The position numbers and the translations under genes are program-made. DNA of 64,000 nt from Auanema rhodensis (Eukaryota; Animalia; Nematoda), in NCBI GenBank assembly GCA_964057225.1, contig OZ059894.1, forward strand, positions 13,764,001 to 13,828,000, given 5' to 3'. Below are positions 10,729 to 23,100 of the stretch, piece after piece. Within the stretch, counting starts at the first letter, position 1. Every line of letters starts with the position of its first letter. The notes below the pieces were generated by a model. It was not told the DNA's origin. It made no database searches and saw only the letters and a program-made list of their open reading frames with translations.

Positions 10729-13700
10729 AATAGCACTTTCAATCTTTTTCCCAAATTTCAAGCCAGGAATGTATCATATACATTATAAGTTTCCAAATCT
10801 TGCCGTTATTTCAACCCTTTCGTCTATGCAATGACAGTGAAGGTCAGATGGACATGCATGAGACACAAGAAACAAACGAGATTTGTGGTTTATATCAATG
10901 GCTGTTGCTTTTTTGACAACTTGAACCAGATGGTTTCCTATGTAGCCTTAAAGGATTAACACCTATGATTGACAAAAATGTATTTATCTGGTTTTTGTGG
11001 GAAAATTGTTTCAGTGATTTGTATGTAAGTCCAATATTTTTTTTGCGATTTTTCCTTAAAATAGAAAAATATAAATAATAATTATTTAGTCATTATTTTT
11101 GCGTCAGAATAAAAAATTTTTTTTTCAATATGAACGCAACCACTTTGTTATGTATTTTTTATTAAAAATAAACTTTTACTGAATAATATATTAGTTTATT
11201 ATTATCTTTCTAAGATTCTGACATTATGAAGTTATTTTAGTAAAGCTCGTAATCGTAGTTCCAAATACAGTTTGAAGAGCCCTGAAACAGAGGGACGCGT
11301 TGACGTCATCAATTTCTTCTCAAAGACAACTTTCTCTAATGAAAATATGCATATTGGGACATAGAAGCTCCGCAGCAGCATAGTCAAACATGGAATCGTG
11401 AGCTGTACGGCTAAGGTTCTGCTGAAGAAGATGACGACAGAGAAGACGATGAGAGACAGTAAATGAGAGATAGATGGTAGTCTGATGAAGAAGGAGAATT
11501 TATATGCACACTTCTCTCTCCTTTTGACTATCGTTATACCATTTAGCTTCCATAGACTGTTGGGTCGCGCGCCTACTCATAAGGTTGTAGAAGCTAACGC
11601 AATGTTTGATGAAGATGAAGACGGTTGAATCAAGTAAGTGAAGCTTCTTTCTCTCCTCTCATTCATTTATACTTTCTATATCTTCTCCTTCTTTGTCCTA
11701 TTCAACGTCAATCTCTAAGTTTACACACTGTCTAGCCGTGCTTCACCAACCAATTCTCCGTTATGCAATTTGCATGTCCTTGTGAGCATCAGAAGTCGCT
11801 GAAGAGACAGTCGAATACGGACAAGACTCTCTTGCTCTAAACAGAGTGTATTGTTGCAACTACCTAATATTGAATTCGAATGCTTTTAGCTCAGTATTAT
11901 CATGCACCCCAGTTTGATCGTTCCCCAAACCATCCTTGTTCTTTATTTTGTTTTGATTTAATGTTTCTCTTTCTAAAAGATCCATTCCTATAAATGCATA
12001 ACTTACAAATCATTTTGTCAATCATTCCTCACATACGACATTCCAGATGTTTTATTGCGAACTATAAATTAAATCCAAAATGTTCATTCACACTCTTTTA
12101 GTCTTTCTATTCTTTTAAAATTTGATTATCCTTATTACGTTAAGGTTTTATTTTTTAAATTCATCATTCTTTTCATACAAATTTAAAATTTTATTAAATA
12201 TTTAACTAAGATCTAAGATGTATAAGCATATTTCTATTACAATATTTTCTTTTAAACTACAGTTTTCGCATTGTTTAATTTTTTATGGAATGATATGGCA
12301 TACATTATTAGTTATGTATCTCAGGAGATGAGCTTTGGAGGAGAAACTCTTCTTTTACATTTCGTCTAAACCAATAATAATGTTTTTTTATCAGATCCTG
12401 ATAAATTATAATCGTATGTTAAAGGCAAGATACAACATAACAATAGTTGTTACGATGCCTAACCCTTAGAATTTAAGTAGTGACCAGAGATTCAGGAAGA
12501 CAAAGAGAAATGGAGTGATAAATACGTATAAAGCTAGAAGGAGGGAAAATATGATGTGAAAGATATGAAGACAAAATGCATTTCGTTGTACTGCGATGAA
12601 CCTTTCTATCTCCAATAAAGCCTCTTATTTCCCGTATCTGTCTTCATATCTTCTTCCTCTCTCTCTTCCTTTCAATTCTCCCTCGCCCTTTTCTTCACCA
12701 TATCGGCTCTCTTTCATTTTCAATCGTATGTCTATAGTCTATCTTCATCATCTTAGGGTCTTTTCTGTACCATTCTTCATCCAAGATATAAAGTATGTTG
12801 TAACAGAAATGGAAATATCGTTGTAAAGCTACTAATACGGATGTCAGATGAGAGATGCTGATTTCTATTAATGATGAGAAAGTAGCATCACATTTTGTTT
12901 AAGGACCTCGTATTTGAACCATTTGTTCTATTCGAAGTCCATCTTCTTTTTCTTTATTTCACTTTTTTTTCTGACTTTTGCCAAATGAATCGGAACATTT
13001 ACACCGATCTAAGTATACTCTTCTCGCAAAATTTTGTGCATCTGTAAGAAGTATATATCTCTTCTTATCTAATTATAGCTATTTACTTCCATTAAGGGCT
13101 CTTTGTCACTACAAAACATATATGAGTCTCTTTGATATTGGTGAGAGTAATACTTTACATCGAAAGATTCCCTTAAATCTTCTTTGTACTTTAAAATAGA
13201 ATCTATTTGAAATTTCCTTTTTTTATTTTGAATTTCATACATAGCCTAATCAGTATAGTTAGTTGGTCATTGGCCTACTTAAGGAAATCCAAGTATATGA
13301 ATCTGTAACACTATATTCATTGGAACATCTACGAAAATCCGTCATTAGTTCAGTGTTGACGAGATGTTTTCTTTTCTTTTTCGTGTGGTTACCAATAACT
13401 ACGGACTATCATCAGTCAAGAAAAAAAGTTACATGAGAATATGAACAAGATTATTGCTAGTCATTATTTGGCTAAAAAAGAGACAATAACTCTGAGATTT
13501 GCATCGTACAGGTCTGTGACGTTCACGACCTTCTTCAGACTTTCCCTCATTCAAACTAGCTATAACTCTAGTATTTCTCGCCTGTCTCACCAGTTTTTGA
13601 TTTCTGGAAGGCCATTCATATGGATGTTGGATATGAGACAAAATCTTATTCCAAGATTCGTATGATTGGCATGATTTAAAGGCCAATACATGCATTTTGA

Positions 13701-16700
13701 GAAAATCAGATTAAAAGCTGTTTTAATAAAGGTCCCAAACTGTCCTTTTATGTAATTCCATACTGTTTAGTTTAAGGAATATAAACAACTGTATTTCTAT
13801 TCCATGCTTCTTTAAACTAGCTCATCCTTCTATTCTAGATTATTGTATGAAAAAGCTAGATTTGAGCAGATACATATGTATGTTGGAGCTATACAATCAC
13901 ATATTTTCCCTTTTCCTGAAGAAGAACTTATAATAAAAGGAAGGATTGTCTTTTGTAATGAATCATCTTTAATTCATCCATGACAATTATTATTTCGGAT
14001 GCTTTTAAGAAAGATAGAAAGCAACATATTTTAGGTGCTATCATCAAGCTTGCTTCCCACGCTACGGCTCGTCGTTTGTTGTATCGCCTTTTACTGAATA
14101 AACTGTAATATTTACAAGAAAGATGTCTTATCTTGGAAGGTTTCAGCACAGTTCTTACATTTTTTTTGAACATCTATCCTATCATAGTCAATTATTTCTT
14201 TTTAATTTATCATTATATATAATTGTTATATTCTTTAATCCTGACATATAATTAATATTAAAAAAATATTTCCAAATTCGGGTTACGGTATAGATGGGAC
14301 ACCTCGATTTGTTTTTAGAACCTCTTTAGGATTGTGTGGGAGATATTGCATCTTCTCTTCTTCTGGAGCAAACATTGCATAAAGAAATAGGAAAATATTT
14401 CCGGAAAAGAAAATACGGAATTGCCGGATGCCGGTTGTGTTTCCTAATTGGACCCCCTTGTCATCTTCGTCGACTGCGAAAGAAAACCCGGAATTAGAAA
14501 AAAAATTCCAAAGAAGACGGTGTCTAAATCTCTTTTCCGTCTGCTCTATTTTCTTGAGCTACTGTCCACACCAGACGACAAGCTGGAGGGTCGCCGTAGA
14601 AGCTGAAAGAAGAATAAAAGCTCACGGAGAGCCCAGTCATTGAGAGCAGAAGAGAAAGGAAAATTGATGAAGAGACAGTTTTCTTTTTGTCATGTTCCGG
14701 AATCAGCCAGCTTCTGAACTATCCGTAGAAGCAGCCTGACTTTTTGTTTGTCTAAATGGAGACTGTTGCAGGTTTGTCTTGGAATTGTCGTCGACAGTCT
14801 CTTCATTCAATCTCATCTTTCTTCTTTTGTTCATTTGTCTTTCTCTCTTAGTTTGGAAGCACTTTATACATCCCTCAATTTCTTTTCCATCTAGCAAACT
14901 TTAAATTTTCGTTCACATCATCATATCATCGGCATGAATAAGGAACTATCGTTCACCAAAGCAGGCTTTCGTCGACGTCATCCGGACTTCTGGAACGTTT
15001 TTTTCAACCATAAGCTCCACCTCATCAACATTTTGTTTTGCAGTCCTTCCCCATAAGGCATTAGAGCTTTTGCTTTCATACAAAGACGTGGACCACTAAA
15101 AGTGATCTCACATGAATTCACATTTGCCTGTTTTGTTGAATTTTGCTTTTCTCTTATTCGTATTTTCCCAAAGAGTATAGTCAACTGTTACCGTATTCGA
15201 CTTGTCTGTGTCCAAAGATTGAGAAAGTATATTCAAACATGAACATGGCAGTCTTTAAATCCCCTCACATACATAGTTGCCATTTCAAGCCGTCACTGCC
15301 CTTTCCCCCCACTTCAGATACAGTCCTAACGACGATTTGTTTGAAGATCTTGATGATTTTGTTTCAATTCTGAATAGAAGCCATAAAGCCATCATCATTT
15401 GGAGCCTGAGGGATAGGAGAGTCAGCTGAAACACTGACTCCTCCTCCTGTCTGCCTTCAGTTCTCCCTTTCCTTCAATTATCCCCCCACATTCTTTCTTT
15501 GTGAAGCGAGGAAAGACTGTCAGTTGAGATGCCATGTTCTTATTTGCGTCTCCTGTTCTTTCTTCATCTCCGTCTCTGTCTGTCTATCATTTTCCTGCCT
15601 TTCTCTCTTATTACATCCAAAAGTAGTTGAAGTTGTGGTTACAACGATCTATGAACATTACTTCAAGCACCTTTATCTCATATCTTCTTCAGCATATTTC
15701 GTAAAGAGCCGGGAATGTACTTCGTTGTTATGAAAATGAGTCCAACAGCATTACCTTCACCTGCGTTGTTATTTGAAAAAAAACAATCTTCATCTACCTT
15801 GAACAAGTTTTGTATTTTGAACTTTAGATATCTGAAAGTCACGAATACACCCTTTGACAAGCATGAGATCTTACTTGTTTCCCTCAATGTTCAAATTTTT
15901 ATCGGATAGAAAATCATTTACAAGAATGATCAACCGCATCCTGCATTTGCTTGTTTAAAAATGAAATTACTCACTAACTCATTTGTACATTCAACACACA
16001 TACGGTTCGCTCTAAAAGTTGATAAAGCGTTCAATCTTTGACTTATTTAATACATAATGAAACAAATTCAATATATTATATTTATATTTATAGTTATTAT
16101 ATTGAAATATAATATAAGATATGTAAACGTTTCTTGTGTATTATTTGACCTCATTTCTTTTCTCATTTTATTCTTTTTCAAAAGATAAAGAGAGACTGTT
16201 TCTTTTACATTGAATTAACCTCAAAAGGAAGCGCATAGCCTTTTAAGACTAATGATACTATGTTAAGAAGCAACAGACACCTATGCTCTAACTTTGTTCA
16301 TCAGCAGCAGCTCCGAACAGTTGTTCCAACAGACGCCCTCAAATACACCCTCCTTCTTCTTTTATTCTCTGTCGGTTAAAGGTGTAAAGAATGCGAAGGC
16401 CCTATATGACCTGGTCATTAGAGCCAACAGATTCCTTTCCTTTAGCTGTATATACCCCTCTCCGCCCTTTTATTCCAAAAAAGAAAAGCCGGACAATCCT
16501 TATGAACAAGCAGCCGGAAATTTGCTTCGTTTCGTCTCATTAGTCTCCGTACACGGTTTCGTTATCTGAAAATCCGTTTTTCGTATTGTTTATCGAGACC
16601 TAATCTCGCTGTATCAGAGCTTCAGGGCATCGAAATCTTGATTTCAAGTTTTTTCTTTTCATTAATCATCATTATTATCCCTCTTTTTGGTTCTTATATT

Positions 16701-18882
16701 ATATTTTATTTTCCAACAACTTTTAATCGTTTTCACAAATTTAATGAGATATATTCATAGAGTATGCATATTTGGTTCATTTGAATCACCTCACTCTTAT
16801 TTTAACAAATATTCATTGTATAAGGTCATCAACTTCAACAATTCGTGGGATTTTTTACACTCAACGGTCTCGTCATCGAAGTTGAGTCAGTTTGTTGCAG
16901 TCAGATGTTAGTTAGCGTTTTGGACAATTGCTATTTCAGTCCGACCATCCTATCTCCTTTATCAACTCATCTTGTCCTCTGTTTGATCATCAAATTTGTT
17001 GAAACTTATTCCAAACATCACTCGTTCACTCTATACCATCACGATACTTTGATCTTTTCCATCCTTTTTCCTCATTTCGTCAACATTTTCGTCATGAGCT
17101 TCAGTCTTTCATTTATTGAAAAAGGTCCGGATTCTCCTTGTTCGAATCACTAAAGCAAAAGAAGAAATGACGATGACGACTATGATGACAACGGTGACGA
17201 CGACGGAGGATAAGTGGAAAGAGGATACATGCAAACCGTTATGCCATTCCCGCCTACAGATATAAATATATTTTTAAACAATTGCTTATATCCCTCTCTT
17301 TGTTTCATATTCTCTCTATATATCTTTCTCTTTCTTTTTAAATTCTTATTCTGTCTCATCCATTTCTGAATGGAAAAACAGAAGAAGCATCAGAGGTGTA
17401 AAAGAGAATAAAAGTGAAGGAGTGTTCCAGGTTGTCATACGAAACCTTTTGCTTCAAATTCAAGAAAAGCTTGCAATAGTAAAACAGCATAACTGATTGA
17501 GAAGTACAACACTATATTCTATTTCTATCTTCTTTCATGTCATGTGGTTGATCTAACTGGATCAGCTTCTCTACCTTATTTCATCATTTCAACAAGATAA
17601 AGCCAGGAGTATCGGTCAATACTTTGAGGTATATGATGCTCATTTAATTAATCAATGAGTTAGTTTTTTCAATCTATAACCGTTATTTTACATTCTTTGT
17701 TGGTAAACAACAAACTAATTCTTACGCTAAATCGGGTGGGACAATACTTTTAAGTTTACTATCATTCAGGCAAATAGGTTTTTTCTTTCTCTTATTTTCT
17801 TTTAAGATAACATATACATACATCAATTCTAGAGATTATTCTTTCAAAATTCCCATGAATTCACTCTATATGTACAGTATTTCTGAATATGTCTAGTGTC
17901 CTCATCCGGAACTCGTTCATGGTTTGCGCTGCCTCGCCTCTATTATGTCCCGCCCCCATGTGACAACCGTATCCCCCATATTCCTTCCCATCCTTTCCAG
18001 TCCGGCTTAACGTCTTTCCACAGACTAAAAATCTTTCTTTTTCATTTGTCCCCGTTTGTCATTTTCTTTTTCTCTCTCGAAGCTTTACTTAGTCTTTCCT
18101 TCTCTCTCCTACTCTATTTCTCTTACATTTTACATTCTATTCCTTTTCGTAACATATCGTTTATCTAACCACGATGGCAGCAGAAAAAGCAAAAAAAGCT
18201 TAACGCACACGAGACGGGTGCTGTTTCTGTCTGTATGTGTGTGTACGTTCATCATCTATATTCCAATTCTTCTCCACCCACTCGTTCCATTTCCCTGGTC
18301 TCTCGTAAGTCTTGTTTTATTTGGTTTTTTTTCATTTTTACTCTACTTTTAAAGTAAATTATATGTTCATTCTTTTATCATATTATATTATTTTAATTAA
18401 AATATTTAATTGGAAGCAATAAGAGATCTTTACAAACAACAAAGCATGTGAGAGTAAGGTGTTCAAAGTTGTTTGTATTGCTATCAAGATTCTTTTTTTT
18501 CTTTGCAAGCTTATAGCACAGAAATATATTTTTTAAAACTTCAGTTTGGAAAGTTGCAAGGCTAGAAGCAGTAGCACAATAATATTTTTCCAGCTTTCAA
18601 CTAGGTTTAAGTATTTCTCTTCTTAGATATTAAATGTTCTTACTTAACGTTTAAGCTTAATCAACTGATATACTATATAACTTTGCTATGTAAAGCTTTT
18701 TCCAAACCAAATACTGTAATCTTATAGGAAGTTTTCTTCCATAGTTTCAACTGAATTCTTCACTTCACTTTTGCTTTTCTCCTCTTCTGAGACTCTTTAT
18801 ATTTACATTGCCGCCATCTTTACTGTTTAACTATATTCAACAGTTACCATATATTTTACTCATATTTCTTATGGCTTTAAAG

Positions 18883-18892
18883 CCATTTATGG
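18883..18892. promoter_or_regulatory. Perfect CArG box (CCATTTATGG)
   Basis: Matches CC(A/T)6GG, 1.25 kb upstream of the SRF ATG; function is inferred. Confidence 0.4.
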
Positions 18893-19804
18893 AGTCGTAA
18901 AACTGCCAAATAAATGATACTATACCGCTCTTAGTATCGAAATATCTGGTGAAAGCTCTAAAAGTATCAACTTTTTAATATCAAACTTATTAAAAAAAAT
19001 AAAATGTATAAATCCTTGCATTATAAATGAATATAGTTTGCTTAAAAAAAATATGACCTTTTATTACAAAAATCTGTGAATTTGAAACGCAGCCAATTCC
19101 TTTTCTATGCCGACAACAGCTATATGGGTGGTCGAGACTTAGGCGCTTATTTTGAAAGTAAAGTTTTAATCATATGCTAATGAAGTTGGTCTATTTCTCA
19201 ACCAAGTTTGAGCTATCGCATTTATGGATTGAATTTCTATCACTATGTTGTTTTACAATTATTATGTCGAAACTAATAAACAATGTTTATTAGAATGATT
19301 TTAAAAAACATTTCCTTCTATGTAATATTGTTTTGTCTATATTTAAACCTTTTTCCCATCTTAATATCATAATGTGTTAAGTTGCAATGTAATAATTCTC
19401 AGTATTCACATACATATTCTTCTCATTTTGCTTTGTTTTCTTCCGCCGCCAAAAACTCCTCTCAGTACATCTTCAACGATGACGATTCGTTCTCATCCTA
19501 CCGTATCCCTCTTATGGCACATGTCTTTCCCGTCTTTGTTTGTCATATAGAGCTGCTAGATGCTGGCTGGCTGGCTTGCTGGCTGTTGCTGCCGGAGGAG
19601 CACTGCGACGGAGGTGGTGACTGCTGGCAGCCGACTGGGACAGGTCCTCTCTTTCATTCACATTTTCTCTATTGTCTCTCTTTCTCTGCATCTCTTCTTC
19701 TCCTCAACACTGACTTAGTCTTCCGTTCCTTTCCTCATATCATGTCACTTTCTCTTTTCTTGCTAACTTAAGTACCGATAGTAAGCTTAGATCCATACCG
19801 TATT

Positions 19805-19814
19805 CCTTATATGG
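19805..19814. promoter_or_regulatory. Perfect CArG box (CCTTATATGG)
   Basis: Matches CC(A/T)6GG, about 320 bp upstream of the SRF ATG; function is inferred. Confidence 0.45.
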
Positions 19815-20135
19815 CATTTCATGCTATTTTTAGTTCATACTAGGAAAACTCATAACAATTATCTAGAATAAATATTATTTTTCCACCGTAGTAGTGATAG
19901 AATGGATGTATTCACATGCCATCGATTCATCATATTCATGTGGACTGTTGAAATTTCTTTTTGATTCTAGAAGTATTTCGTTTATTATTATTTTTATATA
20001 AATCTTCGTAAGTGATATTCCTTGTTTCTTACTTTGATGTTTCTTCTGAAGTTATCTTATTTTCTTTTTTTGGTGGTTCTTCTTTATATTCCATGATATT
20101 TAAAGATTTCTTTATATAATTTAATTTTTATTAGG

Positions 20136-23100
20136 ATGTCTGAGACTACTCCAAACATTGACCTTGCTCAACTTATGCAGCAACTGCAAGGTGAATCAGG
20201 ACATTCTCTGTCCGAATCACCATCAAGTTTAAGATTGCTTCCTAATGGAAAAAAAACTAAGGGTTTGTCATTTTTCTCATATTTAAGAAAATTCGTTTCT
20301 TTGCTTCAGGACGTGTTAAGATAAAAATGGAATACATTGGAAACAAATTACGCAGATACACAACTTTCAGCAAAAGAAAAACGGGTATAATGAAAAAAGT
20401 AAGTTATCCTAAATTTTGATCATTATTACAAGTTTCAACTTTAGGCTTATGAGCTTTCAACTTTAACAGGAACTCAGGTTATGCTTCTAGTCGCGTCCGA
20501 AACAGGTCATGTATACACTTTCGCAACTAAAAAACTACAACCAATGATCTCATCTGATGCCGGGAAAGCTCTCATTCAGTCATGTCTGAATGCTCCAGGA
20601 GGTATCATATAAATGCTTTTTATTTCAACATACACAGAGAAGAGTTAAAAATTAGAACGAAGAGTTATTAAAGGCTTGCTGCTGTTCCTTTTTTTCTTTC
20701 GTTTCCGCGAAAAGAGAGGAGAAAGGAGAAGAAGAGATAGAGATGGGAGTATATTATTTGTCTTGGCTTCCGAGGAAAAGAACCGCTTTTTTGGATTCTT
20801 AACGTTGATTCTTCCGCTTCCGATATATTGATTTAAATTTCATGGGGTACAATCAAAAAATGTATGATAGAAACTGATAATAAAGAATAATAAAGAATAA
20901 GATATAAAAATAGATGGATAATAAAAATAATTTCTTTTCAGAGGAAACAGATTTACAACCATCCAGAACAGAATTCACTTTCGAAACAGGATCTACACCT
21001 AATAACTCAAGAAAACGTAAAATTACTGAAACCCCGGATCCCACTGCTGTAAGTTTTCATTTACTTTGATTTTGTGTGAAATGTTTGATTCATTCTTCTT
21101 TTCTACCAAGTATTTACTTATGCATTGGGTTACCGTATTCCTTTTTCGTGCATGCGCATTAAGCTCCGCCCACTTCCATGATCCATATTGGCTGAGGCAT
21201 GGGCGGACCAATGCAAGACGCCAGGCAGCTACCGTATGTGGCACAACAGCTGGCTTGGAATGAAAATTATTTCGCATACGCGTTGAATGAGTTTCGGATT
21301 GGTCTTAGAACTTATTTTCCAATAATTCTGATAGAACCATATAATCCAATTAATATCTTTGGGAATGATGTTTTCGGGAGATACGAGAAGAGCCATAAAA
21401 TATTTCTTTTGAGGCATCTGCTTAAAGTTACTGCTGTTACCATTACTATTTTTACCTCTTCTGTTGCTGTTGTGTATCTATTTGTTATTCGGTAGAGATG
21501 ACATAAGAATCGATCAATATCTTATTCCATTGTTCGAAAAAAAGGATTCGGCCATTGAAGCAAACTACCATAGTCAGAAGACGAGGAATGCCCATTTGGC
21601 AATCGTTCTTTATGGGATATCTCTTCCTCCACTTCAATTTTAGTATGTTTCTCTGGAGGGAAGCTGGGAGAAAATTTCGGATAAGTCTACCAGATGTTGG
21701 AGCCTATTTCGTCTTCAGAGGTACCAGATGTGGCTCTGATCCGAAAAGGGTGCTCAATTTCCGCTTCATCATTCCACTACTTTACTTAGTTTACAATCAC
21801 TAAGGATTCTTCTAATATTAAGACTCTTAACATTGCTTTCTTTTATACTCATGGGGAAATTGCTGAAGGGAAAGAGGAGGGAAATGAAGTTTGGAATTCA
21901 GACATTCCAATGAGTGATTAGATGGAGAAAGAAGGTAAGTCATTGAGATGGCTGTGCTTTCTCTGCATTCAATGTTTGCCGTAAAGGACGAAACAGTTGG
22001 CTTCCTGGATGGATGTCTTGAATGTCTGTTGTCTCTTCCACATATCATATATTGTGGTCGTTTAGCTCAAGCCTAATCTGTTTTGCACACCGGAGATGCC
22101 CGAACAGGCGCCACAAGAGCTGAGGATGAGCGCTAAGTTTTCGGAAATTGTTCGCATGGTTGAGACCTAGAGAGAAAACATCACATGTGCTTTCGTTGCC
22201 TTGTTTTTATCAGAGCCATTATTTTGGGGAAACGAAGTCGTTGATGCAATCGTAGGATAAGTATCAGCAAAAATTTGTTCATGTTGGTTCATGTTCACGT
22301 CGCCTTTTATTTTTCTCAAAAATGAGGACAGGGGGTGAGCGGACTGAACAGGCTGTTAAGCGTTCGAAGACGAACAAGACTTCAGATGCTAGTAATAAGT
22401 TGTTACTTGCCTTTGATCTGAACTCGTATCCACGAGGGATGTTTCATAAAATGTGAGACAAATCTCATCGTTGTACTAAGAAGGACTGTGGCGGAAATGT
22501 CGGAAATGGACTTCCAGCAGTTAATAGTGACCATGTGTTGTCGCATCTGTTTGTGACACAAATGTTTAAATTCATCTGTATAGATGGTTCCGGATATACT
22601 TCTTCATCTTCTTCTTTTGCCTCTTCTTCATATCCTGACTCTCCCGAAAAAGGCTCAGTGTAATGCTATGAGAGAAGATTCTTGGTCTCCGCTGCTCATA
22701 AGATAGGAAAAGGAAGATAGAAAAGCGAAAGGATATAAAATAAAGAAATGAGCCAGTGCAGAGCAGCAAATTCATCTTCTCTATTCTGTTTTTACTTTCT
22801 TAAACATTATTCGGGAAACATATGGAAGTAATGATACCTAAAGTAGTCGAATTGGGCTTGGTTCTGTGAAACATGTGTTTGAGTATAACTTGCACAATCA
22901 AGTACTTCTTGAAATTTCTTTACTGAAAGCTTATATTGCTATTCGGATAAGAAGCTTCTTCTACTCCACACATACACATACACATACACACATTTCACCA
23001 ACTTGACTACTCAAGCTGTCAGTGTTTCTCTCAGAGTTTTCGGAAGAATTGAGTGATAGTGGTTCTGGTTTGTTTTCGCTTCCCTTCAATTGGAATTGAT

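Noticed and set aside
19202-19212. CCAAGTTTGAG resembling the 3' end of SL1
   Set aside because: Lacks the 5' half of the leader, the GT donor and an Sm site.
10730-20135. Many 60-130 aa ORFs upstream of unc-120
   Set aside because: Low-complexity F/L/S-rich products of CT-rich non-coding DNA, with no coherent exon chain.
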